Origin: Betaproteobacteria bacterium RIFCSPLOWO2_02_FULL_68_150
Lineage (GTDB): Bacteria; Pseudomonadota; Gammaproteobacteria; Burkholderiales; SG8-39
DNA: 44,419 nt
Direction: 5' to 3'
NCBI GenBank assembly: GCA_001771975.1
Contig: MERE01000180.1
Coordinates: 1 to 44,419, forward strand
Shown: positions 36,156 to 44,419 of the stretch, piece by piece
How positions within the stretch are numbered: the first letter of the stretch is position 1
Layout of the letters: every line of letters begins with the position of its first letter
Notes under the pieces: generated by a model
Database searches by the model: none
Told to the model about the DNA's origin: nothing
What the model saw: only the letters and a program-made list of their open reading frames with translations
Translations under genes and position numbers: made by a program

Positions 36156-37250
36156 ATGAACGTGACCGCGCTGCTCGACACGCTGCTCGCGTTCTCCGAG
36201 TCGAAGCTCGGCCCGCTCTGGGGGCCGGCCACCTACGAGCTGGTCACCTCCGCGGTGTTCATCGTCCTCATCGTCGCGCCGCTCATGCTGTGCGTGGCCT
36301 ACCTGACGCTGTGGGAACGCAAGCTCATCGGCTGGATGCAGATCCGCATCGGCCCGAACCGCGTCGGCCCGCTCGGCCTGCTGCAGCCGATCGCCGACGG
36401 CGTGAAGCTCCTGTTCAAGGAAGTCATCCTGCCGACCAACGCCAACAAGGCGCTCTACATCCTGGCGCCGATGCTCGGCATCATGCCGGCGCTCGCCGCG
36501 TGGGCGGTGGTGCCGTTCGCGCCGGAGGTGGTGCTGGCGGACATCAATGCGGGGCTGCTCTACGTCATCGCGCTGACCTCGTTCGGCGTCTACGGCGTGA
36601 TCATCGCCGGCTGGGCGTCGAACTCGAAATACGCCTTCCTCGGCGCGATGCGCTCGGCGGCGCAGATGGTGTCCTACGAGCTGGGCATGGGCTTCGCGCT
36701 GGTGGTGGTGCTGATGGTCTCGGGCAGCCTCAACCTGTCGGACATCGTGAACGCGCAGGGGCGCGGCCTGTTCGCCTCCAAGGGGCTGCATTTCCTGTCG
36801 TGGAACTGGCTGCCGCTGGCGCCGATGCTGCTGGTGTATTTCATCTCCGGCGTCGCCGAGACCAACCGCGCGCCGTTCGACGTGGTCGAGGGCGAATCGG
36901 AAATCGTCGCCGGCCACATGATCGAGTACTCGGGCATGACCTTCGCCCTGTTTTTCCTCGCCGAATACGCGAACATGATCCTCATCAGCACCCTCACGGC
37001 GGTCATGTTCTTCGGCGGCTGGCAGGCGCCGATCGACAGCGCGTTGTTCAACCTGCTGCCGCCGTTCGGCTGGCTGCTCGCCAAGGTGTTCGTCATCGTC
37101 TCCCTGTTCCTCTGGATCCGGGCCACCTTCCCGCGCTACCGCTACGACCAGATCATGCGCCTCGGGTGGAAGATCTTCATCCCGCTGACCCTCGTCTGGA
37201 TCGTGTTCGTAGGCGCCTGGATGCAGACGCCGTGGAACATCTGGAAATGA
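36156..37250 (+). CDS. nuoH: NADH-quinone oxidoreductase subunit H
   Basis: 364 aa, polytopic. [48 protein letters not shown]. Confidence 0.96.
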   Translation: MNVTALLDTLLAFSESKLGPLWGPATYELVTSAVFIVLIVAPLMLCVAYLTLWERKLIGWMQIRIGPNRVGPLGLLQPIADGVKLLFKEVILPTNANKALYILAPMLGIMPALAAWAVVPFAPEVVLADINAGLLYVIALTSFGVYGVIIAGWASNSKYAFLGAMRSAAQMVSYELGMGFALVVVLMVSGSLNLSDIVNAQGRGLFASKGLHFLSWNWLPLAPMLLVYFISGVAETNRAPFDVVEGESEIVAGHMIEYSGMTFALFFLAEYANMILISTLTAVMFFGGWQAPIDSALFNLLPPFGWLLAKVFVIVSLFLWIRATFPRYRYDQIMRLGWKIFIPLTLVWIVFVGAWMQTPWNIWK

Positions 37251-37257
37251 AGCCGCG

Positions 37258-37746
37258 ATGAACCGGATGCTCGAGTTGTTCCGCTCCTTCCTGCTGCTCG
37301 AGCTGCTGCGGGGCCTCGCCCTCACCGGGCGCCACCTGTTCCGGCGCAAGATCACGGTCCAGTTTCCCGAGGAAAAGACCCCGGCGAGCCCGCGCTTTCG
37401 CGGGCTGCATGCGCTGCGCCGCTACCCCAACGGCGAGGAACGCTGCATCGCCTGCAAGCTGTGCGAGGCGGTGTGCCCGGCGCTCGCGATCCACATCGAG
37501 TCGGAGGAACGCGCCGACGGCACGCGCCGCACGACGCGCTACGACATCGACCTCACCAAGTGCATTTTCTGCGGCTTTTGCGAGGAGGCCTGCCCGGTCG
37601 ATGCGATCGTAGAGACGCGCATCATCGAGTACCACGGCGAGACGCGCGGCGACCTTCTCTACACCAAGCCGATGCTGCTCGCGGTGGGCGAGCGCTACGA
37701 AGAGCAGATCGCCAAGGACCGCGCGGCCGACGCCGCCTACCGCTAG
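37258..37746 (+). CDS. nuoI: NADH-quinone oxidoreductase subunit I
   Basis: 162 aa. Two 4Fe-4S motifs: [12 protein letters not shown] and [12 protein letters not shown]. Confidence 0.96.
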   Translation: MNRMLELFRSFLLLELLRGLALTGRHLFRRKITVQFPEEKTPASPRFRGLHALRRYPNGEERCIACKLCEAVCPALAIHIESEERADGTRRTTRYDIDLTKCIFCGFCEEACPVDAIVETRIIEYHGETRGDLLYTKPMLLAVGERYEEQIAKDRAADAAYR

Positions 37747-37758
37747 GACCTGCCGCCC

Positions 37759-38352
37759 ATGTTCGAGACCGCCGTGTTCTACGCCTTCGCCGCGATCCTG
37801 CTGGTGGCCGGGGCGTGCGTGGTCACGGCGCGCAACCCGGTACACGCGGCGATGTTCCTGGTGCTCGCCTTCTTCACCGCGTCGGGCATCTGGCTCTTGC
37901 TGCGCGCCGAGTTCCTCGCCATCGCGCTGCTGCTGGTGTACGTCGGCGCGGTGATGGTGCTGTTTCTGTTCGTGGTCATGATGCTCGACATCAACATCGA
38001 GCGCCTGCGCGAGGGCTTCTGGAAGAACCTGCCGCTCGCCGTGGTGGTGGGCGGAATCATGATGGCGGAGATGGCGGCGGTGCTCGCCGGGCGCTACTTC
38101 GGCGTCGCGCCGCGGCCGCTCGCGCGCGCGGCGGACTATTCCAACACCAAGGAGCTGGGCCGCCTCATCTACACCGATTACGCCTACGCCTTCGAGATCG
38201 CGGCGGCGATCCTGCTGGTGGCGATCGTCGCCGCGATCGCGCTCACGCTGCGCGGCCGCAAGGACTCGCGCCGCCAGGATCCGGCCGCGCAGGTACGGGT
38301 GCGGCGCAGCGAGCGCGTGCGGCTGGTGTCCATGCCGGCGGACAAGGAATGA
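37759..38352 (+). CDS. nuoJ: NADH-quinone oxidoreductase subunit J
   Basis: 197 aa. [43 protein letters not shown]. Confidence 0.93.
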   Translation: MFETAVFYAFAAILLVAGACVVTARNPVHAAMFLVLAFFTASGIWLLLRAEFLAIALLLVYVGAVMVLFLFVVMMLDINIERLREGFWKNLPLAVVVGGIMMAEMAAVLAGRYFGVAPRPLARAADYSNTKELGRLIYTDYAYAFEIAAAILLVAIVAAIALTLRGRKDSRRQDPAAQVRVRRSERVRLVSMPADKE

Positions 38353-38657
38353 CGCTCACGCTCTCGCATTACCTGGTGCTCGGCGCGCTGCTCTTTGCGA
38401 TCAGCGTGATCGGCATCTTCCTCAACCGGCGCAACCTGATCGTCCTGCTGATGGCGATCGAGCTGATGCTGCTCGCGGTCAACCTGAACTTCATCGCCTT
38501 CTCGCATTTCCTCGGCGATCCCGCCGGGCAGGTGTTCGTGTTCTTCATTCTCACCGTGGCCGCGGCCGAATCGGCCATCGGCCTGGCGATCCTGGTGGTG
38601 CTGTTCCGCGCGCTCGCCACGATCAACGTCGAGGACCTCGACACCCTCAAAGGATGA
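38349..38657 (+). CDS. nuoK: NADH-quinone oxidoreductase subunit K
   Basis: 102 aa from the ATG overlapping the nuoJ stop (ATGA). [46 protein letters not shown]. Confidence 0.94.
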   Translation: MTLTLSHYLVLGALLFAISVIGIFLNRRNLIVLLMAIELMLLAVNLNFIAFSHFLGDPAGQVFVFFILTVAAAESAIGLAILVVLFRALATINVEDLDTLKG

Positions 38658-38700
38658 CCCGGTGGCCGGTGCGCTGGCCTGGATCGACAAGATGATCGCC

Positions 38701-40650
38701 ATGAAGACCCTGTACCTGCTGGTGCCCCTGGCGCCGCTCGCCGGCGCGCTCGCGGCGGGCCTCGCCGGGCGCGCGCTCGGCCGCGCCGGCGCGCACCGCG
38801 TCACGATCCTCTCGGTGCTGGTGTCGTTCCTCGCCTCGTGCGTGGTGCTGGCCGACGTGCTGCAGGGCAACGTCTTCAACGGCGGCGTCTACACCTGGCT
38901 CACGAGCGGCGAGACGCGGCTCGAGATCGGCTTCCTGGTCGACCGCCTCTCGGCGCTGATGATGGTGGTGGTGACGTTCGTGTCGCTGATGGTGCACGTC
39001 TACACCATCGGCTACATGGCCGAGGACCCGGGCTACCAGCGGTTCTTCGCCTACATTTCGCTGTTCACCTTCTCGATGCTGATGCTGGTGATGTCGAACA
39101 ATTTCCTGCAGCTCTTTTTCGGCTGGGAAGCGGTCGGCGTGGTGTCGTACTTCCTGATCGGCTTCTGGTACACGCGGCCGAGCGCCATCTTCGCCAGCCT
39201 CAAGGCCTTCCTCGTCAACCGCGTCGGCGACTTCGGCTTCGTGCTCGGCATCGCGCTGATCCTCACGCATTTCGGCACGCTCGACTACGCCGCGGTGTTC
39301 GCGCAGGCCCCCGCCGCGGCCGGCAAGACGGTCGAGCTGTTCGGCGGCGCGCCCTGGCTGCTGCTCAGCGTGATCTGCATCTGCCTGTTCGTCGGTGCGA
39401 TGGGCAAGAGCGCGCAGTTCCCGCTGCACGTCTGGCTGCCCGACTCGATGGAGGGCCCGACGCCGATCTCGGCCCTGATCCACGCCGCGACCATGGTGAC
39501 CGCGGGCATCTTCATGGTGGCGCGCATGTCGCCGCTGTTCGAACTCTCGCCGAGCGCGCTCTCGGTGGTGCTCGTGATCGGCGCGATCACCGCGATCTTC
39601 ATGGGCCTCGTCGCGCTGACGCAGTTCGACATCAAGCGCGTCATCGCCTACTCGACGCTGTCGCAACTCGGCTACATGACGGTAGCGCTCGGCGCTTCGG
39701 CCTACTCGGCGGCGATCTTCCACCTCATGACGCACGCCTTCTTCAAGGCGGTGCTGTTCCTCGCCGCCGGCTCGGTGATCATCGGGCTGCACCACGAGCA
39801 GGACATGCGGCGCATGGGCGGGCTGAAAAAGTACATGCCGTGGACCTACTGGACGCTGCTCATCGGCGCCATCGCCTCTGCCGGGATCCCGCCGTTCGCC
39901 GGTTTTTTCTCCAAGGACGCGATCATCGAGGCGGTGAAGCTGTCGCAGACGCCGGGCGCGGGCTTCGCCTACCTGGCCGTGCTGTCCTGCGTCTTCGTCA
40001 CCGCGGCCTACACCTTCCGCCTGGTGTTCATGGCGTTCCACGGCGAGCCGCGGTTCGACGCCGCGCACCCGCCGCACGAGTCGCCCGCGGTGGTCACCGT
40101 GCCGCTGGTGCTGCTCGCGATTCCTTCAGTCGCCTCCGGCTGGCTGATCGGCCGCGTGGTGTTCGGCGACTACTTCGGCAGCGCCATCGCGGTGGCCCCG
40201 GCGCACGCCAACATCGCGCACATGAGCGGGGAGTATCACGGCCTGTGGAGCTACCTGCTGCACGGCGTGAGCGCGCCGCCGTTCTGGCTGGCGCTCGCCG
40301 GCATCGGCACCGCGTATTACCTCTACCGCGTGCGTACCGACCTGCCCAAGCGCATCGCGATCGCCCTGGGGCCGCTGTACGCGCTCATCGAACGCAAGTA
40401 CGGCTTCGACGAGCTGTACCAGTGGCTGTTCGCGGGCGGCGCGCGCCTGCTCGGCGCCGGGCTGTGGAAGGGCGGCGACGAACGCACCATCGACGGCATC
40501 CTGGTCAACGGTTCGGCGCGCCTGGTGGGCTGGTCCTCCGGCGTGGTGCGCCTGTTCCAGACGGGCTACATCTACCAGTACGCGTTCGCCATGATCTTCG
40601 GCGTCCTGCTGATCATGACCTGGTTCCTGTTCCTCGCGCCAAGGGCCTAG
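38701..40650 (+). CDS. nuoL: NADH-quinone oxidoreductase subunit L
   Basis: [23 protein letters not shown].. matches the usual NuoL N-terminus. Alternative starts are ATG 38692 and GTG 38662 (the latter 8 nt after AGGA). [46 protein letters not shown]. Confidence 0.93.
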   Translation: MKTLYLLVPLAPLAGALAAGLAGRALGRAGAHRVTILSVLVSFLASCVVLADVLQGNVFNGGVYTWLTSGETRLEIGFLVDRLSALMMVVVTFVSLMVHVYTIGYMAEDPGYQRFFAYISLFTFSMLMLVMSNNFLQLFFGWEAVGVVSYFLIGFWYTRPSAIFASLKAFLVNRVGDFGFVLGIALILTHFGTLDYAAVFAQAPAAAGKTVELFGGAPWLLLSVICICLFVGAMGKSAQFPLHVWLPDSMEGPTPISALIHAATMVTAGIFMVARMSPLFELSPSALSVVLVIGAITAIFMGLVALTQFDIKRVIAYSTLSQLGYMTVALGASAYSAAIFHLMTHAFFKAVLFLAAGSVIIGLHHEQDMRRMGGLKKYMPWTYWTLLIGAIASAGIPPFAGFFSKDAIIEAVKLSQTPGAGFAYLAVLSCVFVTAAYTFRLVFMAFHGEPRFDAAHPPHESPAVVTVPLVLLAIPSVASGWLIGRVVFGDYFGSAIAVAPAHANIAHMSGEYHGLWSYLLHGVSAPPFWLALAGIGTAYYLYRVRTDLPKRIAIALGPLYALIERKYGFDELYQWLFAGGARLLGAGLWKGGDERTIDGILVNGSARLVGWSSGVVRLFQTGYIYQYAFAMIFGVLLIMTWFLFLAPRA

Positions 40651-42135
40651 ATGACGCACACCGTGCCGCTGCTGTCCTACGCCATCTGGGTGCCGATCGT
40701 CGCCGGTCTGCTGGTGCTCGCCACCGGCGGCGACCGGAACGCCGCGCTGCAGCGCTGGCTGGCGCTCGCCGGTGCTCTCACCGGCTTCCTGGTGACGCTG
40801 CCGCTGTACGCCAACTTCGACCTCAAGTCCTCGGGCATGCAGTTCGTCGAACTGGCGCCGTGGATCGAGCAGTTCAACGTCCACTATCACCTCGGGGTCG
40901 ACGGCATCTCGCTGCTGTTCGTGCTGCTCAACAGCTTCATCACGGTGCTGGTGGTGATCGCCGGCTGGAGCGTGATCGGGACGCGCGTGGCGCAGTACCT
41001 GGCGTCGTTCCTCATCCTCTCGGGGCTGCTGAACGGCGTCTTCGCGGCGCTCGATGCGCTGCTGTTCTACGTCTTCTTCGAGGCCACGCTGATCCCGATG
41101 TTCATCATCATCGGCGTCTGGGGCGGGCCCAACCGCGTCTACGCGGCGCTCAAATTCTTCCTCTACACCCTGATGGGCTCGCTGCTGATGCTGGTCGCGA
41201 TGCTCTACCTGTACGGCAAGTCGGGCGGCAGCTTCTCGATCCTCGACTGGCACAAGCTGCCGCTGCCGCTCGGTGCGCAAGTGCTGCTGTTCTTCGGCTT
41301 CCTGCTCGCGTTCGCGGTCAAGGTGCCGATGTGGCCGGTGCACACCTGGCTGCCGGATGCGCACACCGAGGCACCCACCGGCGGCTCGGTGGTGCTGGCG
41401 GCGATCCTGCTCAAGCTCGGCGCCTACGGCTTCGTGCGCCTGACGCTGCCGATCCTGCCGGACGCCTCGCGCGAGCTCGCCTGGTTCATGATCGCGCTGT
41501 CGCTGGTGGCGGTGGTCTACATCGGCCTGGTGGCGCTGGTGCAGACCGACATGAAGAAGCTGATCGCCTACTCGTCGGTCTCGCACATGGGGTTCGTCAC
41601 GCTCGGCTTCTTCGTCTTCAACGCCTACGGGGTCGAGGGCGCGCTGGTGCAGATGATCTCGCACGGCTTCGTCTCGGCGGCGATGTTCCTGTGCGTCGGC
41701 GTGCTCTACGACCGCATGCACACGCGCATGATCGCCGACTACGGCGGCGTGGTGAACACGATGCCGAAGTTCGCCTCGCTCATGATGCTGTTCGCGATGG
41801 CCAACTGCGGCCTGCCGGCGACCTCCGGCTTCGTCGGGGAATTCATGGTCATCCTGGGCGCCATGAAGGTCAATTTCTGGCTCGCGTTCGCCGCCGGCAC
41901 GACGCTCGTCTTCGGCGCCGCCTACACGCTCTGGATGTACAAGCGCGTCATTTTCGGCGCCGTGGCGAACGCCGAGGTGGCCGCGCTGAAGGACCTCAAC
42001 GGCCGCGAGTACCTGGTGCTCGCGCTGCTCGCGCTGGCGGTGCTGTGGATGGGCGTCTATCCGCTGCCCTTCACCGAGGTGATGCACGCTTCGGTCAACG
42101 AACTGCTGCGCCACGTGGCGCTGCCCAAGCTGTGA
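40651..42135 (+). CDS. nuoM: NADH-quinone oxidoreductase subunit M
   Basis: 494 aa. [51 protein letters not shown]. Confidence 0.96.
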   Translation: MTHTVPLLSYAIWVPIVAGLLVLATGGDRNAALQRWLALAGALTGFLVTLPLYANFDLKSSGMQFVELAPWIEQFNVHYHLGVDGISLLFVLLNSFITVLVVIAGWSVIGTRVAQYLASFLILSGLLNGVFAALDALLFYVFFEATLIPMFIIIGVWGGPNRVYAALKFFLYTLMGSLLMLVAMLYLYGKSGGSFSILDWHKLPLPLGAQVLLFFGFLLAFAVKVPMWPVHTWLPDAHTEAPTGGSVVLAAILLKLGAYGFVRLTLPILPDASRELAWFMIALSLVAVVYIGLVALVQTDMKKLIAYSSVSHMGFVTLGFFVFNAYGVEGALVQMISHGFVSAAMFLCVGVLYDRMHTRMIADYGGVVNTMPKFASLMMLFAMANCGLPATSGFVGEFMVILGAMKVNFWLAFAAGTTLVFGAAYTLWMYKRVIFGAVANAEVAALKDLNGREYLVLALLALAVLWMGVYPLPFTEVMHASVNELLRHVALPKL

Positions 42136-42143
42136 ACCACGCC

Positions 42144-43631
42144 ATGACGACTCCGCTGCCCGATTTCGCCCTGGCGCTGCCCGAGATCGTGCTGCTCGCC
42201 GGCGCCTGCGCGCTCCTGATCTTCGACCTGTTCGCGCGCGGCGAGCGGCGCGAGGGCAGCGTGCGCTTCGCCGGGCTGGTGCTGCTCGCCACGGCCGCGG
42301 CGACGCTGTTCGTGCTGCTCGGCACCGGCGGCGCCCTGGCCTACACCTTCAACGGCCTGTACGTCGCCGACGTGATGGCGCTGCTGCTCAAGCTCGGCGC
42401 CACGCTGGCGGTGGCGCTGGCGCTCGCCTATTCGCGGCGCTACCTGCACGACCGGGGGCTGCTGAAGGGCGAATTGCTCGCGCTGCTGCTGTTCGCGCTG
42501 CTCGGCATGATGGTGATGATGAGCGCCAACAGCTTGCTCACCCTGTATCTCGGGCTGGAGCTGCTGTCGCTGTGCCTGTACTCGCTGGTGGCGCTCAACC
42601 GCGATTCGCCGGTCTCGACCGAGGCGGCGATGAAATACTTCGTGCTCGGCGCGCTCGCCTCCGGGCTGCTGCTCTACGGCATGTCGATGATCTACGGCGC
42701 CACCGGCACGCTCACCATCACCGAGGTCGCCAGGCAGGTCGCCAACCTGCAGGCCAACAGCGCGCAGCACGGCTTCCTCGTCTTCGGCGTCGTGTTCCTG
42801 ATCGCCGGGCTCGCCTTCAAGCTCGGCGTGGTGCCGTTCCACATGTGGATCCCGGATGTCTACCAGGGCGCGCCGACCGCGGTCACGCTGGTGATCGGCA
42901 CGGCGCCCAAGCTGGCGGCGTTCGCCATGGCGGTGCGGCTGCTGGTCAACGGCCTGCTCGACCTGGCGGCGGACTGGCAGCAGATGCTCGTGATCCTGTC
43001 GGTATTGTCGATGGCGATCGGCAACATCACCGCGATCGCGCAGACCAACGTCAAGCGCATGCTCGCCTATTCGACCATCGCGCACATGGGGTTCATGCTG
43101 CTCGGGCTGCTCTCCGGGGTGGTGGGCGGCAACTGGCTGAATGCCGCGGAGGCCTACGCGGCGGCGATGTTCTACACCGTGGTCTACGTGCTGATGTCGC
43201 TCGGCGCCTTCGGCATGCTGGTGCACCTCTCGGGCAAGGGCTTCGAATGCGAGCGGCTCGAGGACCTGAAGGGCCTCAACCGGCGCAGCCCCTGGCAAGC
43301 CTTCATCATGCTGCTGCTGATGTTCTCGCTCGCCGGCGTGCCGCCCACTGCCGGCTTCTACGCCAAGCTCTCGGTGCTCTCCGCCACCGTGGCCGCCGGG
43401 CAGATCTGGCTCGCGGTGGTCGCGGTGCTGCTGTCGCTGGTCGGCGCGTTCTACTACCTGCGCGTCGTCAAGCTGATGTACTTCGACGACCCCGCCGAGA
43501 CCGCGCCGGCGCTCGAGGGCGAGCGCGACGCCCGCGTGCTGCTGTCGGCCAACGGCCTGGCGCTGCTCGTGATCGGCATCGTGCCGCAGCCGCTGATGGG
43601 GCTCTGCTTCGTCGCCATCAAGAGCCTATAA
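42144..43631 (+). CDS. nuoN: NADH-quinone oxidoreductase subunit N
   Basis: 495 aa from an internal ATG of the 1597-aa run-on track [56 protein letters not shown]. Confidence 0.95.
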   Translation: MTTPLPDFALALPEIVLLAGACALLIFDLFARGERREGSVRFAGLVLLATAAATLFVLLGTGGALAYTFNGLYVADVMALLLKLGATLAVALALAYSRRYLHDRGLLKGELLALLLFALLGMMVMMSANSLLTLYLGLELLSLCLYSLVALNRDSPVSTEAAMKYFVLGALASGLLLYGMSMIYGATGTLTITEVARQVANLQANSAQHGFLVFGVVFLIAGLAFKLGVVPFHMWIPDVYQGAPTAVTLVIGTAPKLAAFAMAVRLLVNGLLDLAADWQQMLVILSVLSMAIGNITAIAQTNVKRMLAYSTIAHMGFMLLGLLSGVVGGNWLNAAEAYAAAMFYTVVYVLMSLGAFGMLVHLSGKGFECERLEDLKGLNRRSPWQAFIMLLLMFSLAGVPPTAGFYAKLSVLSATVAAGQIWLAVVAVLLSLVGAFYYLRVVKLMYFDDPAETAPALEGERDARVLLSANGLALLVIGIVPQPLMGLCFVAIKSL

Positions 43632-43652
43632 TCCCGCCGCGTGCGGGGGTGC

Positions 43653-44402
43653 ATGCGATCTGCGGTCCGGGGCCTGAGCGTTTTGCTGTTCGCGGCGGCG
43701 CTGGCGGCGCTCGCGGCCGATCCCGGCGTGGTGGGCGACAGCGAGATCGAAAAGATCATCGCCAGCATCGCCTCGAGCGACACCGAGCGCAACGTCATCC
43801 GCCGGCGCCTCACGGCGTGGCGCGAGCTGCAGCTGGCGCCGAAGAACAAGGCCCTCGGGGATCCCGACAAGCTCAGGCTGGTCAACGATTTCGTGCACGA
43901 GACGCCCTTCTTCTGCGACCCGGTGATGTGGTGCGCCGAGGATTTCTGGTCGCGGCCGGTCGAATTCCTCGCCAACGACGGCGGCGACTGCGAGGATTTC
44001 TCGATCGCCAAGTTCTTCACCCTCAAGGCGCTCGGCGTCGCCGAAGCGAAGCTGCGCATCGTCTACGCGGTCTACCAGCGCGGCGCGTTCACCGGCGCGC
44101 ACATGGTGCTGGCGTATTACCCGACGCCGGATGCCGAGCCGTTCATCCTCGACAACATCAACCAGACGCTGCAGCCGGCGTCGAACCGGCCGGACCTGGT
44201 GCCGGTGTTCAGCTTCAACAGCCAGGGCCTGTGGGGCGCCAAGGAAGCCAAGGGGCGCGGCCAGCCGGGCGAGCAGTACCGCGCCTGGAGCGACCACTGG
44301 CGGCGCGTGCAGAGCGACGAAGCCGTGCGCTCGGTGTCGCCCGAGCAGCGCAAGTCCGGCGAATGCCAGGCGATCATCCAGCGCTCGGCGTGGTGCCGCT
44401 AG
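43653..44402 (+). CDS. Secreted bacterial transglutaminase-like cysteine peptidase (BTLCP / LapG-like fold)
   Basis: Signal peptide MRSAVRGLSVLLFAAALAALAAD (alternative GTG start at 43641). The family core is LVNDFVHE..DFWSRPVEFLANDGGDCEDFSIAKFFTLKALGV..AHMVLAYY..ILDN (Cys-His-Asp triad context), recalled from Pfam Peptidase_C93 descriptions. Confidence 0.82.
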   Translation: MRSAVRGLSVLLFAAALAALAADPGVVGDSEIEKIIASIASSDTERNVIRRRLTAWRELQLAPKNKALGDPDKLRLVNDFVHETPFFCDPVMWCAEDFWSRPVEFLANDGGDCEDFSIAKFFTLKALGVAEAKLRIVYAVYQRGAFTGAHMVLAYYPTPDAEPFILDNINQTLQPASNRPDLVPVFSFNSQGLWGAKEAKGRGQPGEQYRAWSDHWRRVQSDEAVRSVSPEQRKSGECQAIIQRSAWCR

Positions 44403-44419
44403 GGCTGCGGCGGTGAAGG

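Noticed and set aside
38838-43631. 1597-aa, 1034-aa (30817..33921) and 845-aa (33618..36155) run-on plus-strand ORFs.
   Set aside because: These are open frames that happen to stay stop-free across upstream neighbours. Only the C-terminal part of each (NuoN, NuoF, NuoG) matches a real protein, and the true starts were set at the Met where homology begins.

Overview
Very GC-rich chromosomal segment. Its synteny is typical of a betaproteobacterium (rlmE-ftsH-folP-glmM, and tpiA-secG-tRNA-Leu-nuoA..N); this taxonomic call is inferred from gene order and protein similarity recalled from memory. No rRNA, CRISPR array, transposase, integrase or IS-like element was seen. Layout: (1) 1-3.0 kb, minus strand: histidine kinase -> CheY -> REC-adenylate/guanylate cyclase operon. 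(2) 3.3-6.2 kb: orphan Tat-signal NMT1/SsuA-type binding protein, an MBL-fold hydrolase, yhbY, and a collapsed acyl-CoA synthetase pseudogene. (3) 6.2-9.3 kb: a 48-aa ORF, a coiled-coil protein with 36-residue periodicity, and a GAF-GAF-PAS class III cyclase packed directly against rlmE. (4) 9.3-13.95 kb: rlmE-ftsH-folP-glmM, where glmM carries an in-frame loss of about 35 codons. (5) 13.95-17.2 kb: frdABCD behind a perfect FNR-type palindrome. (6) 17.2-19.3 kb: a UbiE/MenG-like methyltransferase, two unknown ORFs and marR. (7) 19.3-28.0 kb: the most unusual part. It is a tightly coupled 10-gene operon with an E2 acyltransferase domain lacking lipoyl and subunit-binding domains, a free-standing lipoyl domain, two different E1 alpha/beta pairs, a TRAP QMP importer and an internally duplicated protein of unknown family. 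No E3 gene is present. (8) 28.0-43.6 kb: tpiA, secG, tRNA-Leu(GAG) and the complete nuoA-N. (9) 43.65-44.4 kb: a secreted BTLCP-type transglutaminase-like cysteine peptidase. The many long R/A/G-rich ORFs in the track are antisense or out-of-frame shadows of these genes, as expected at this GC content.
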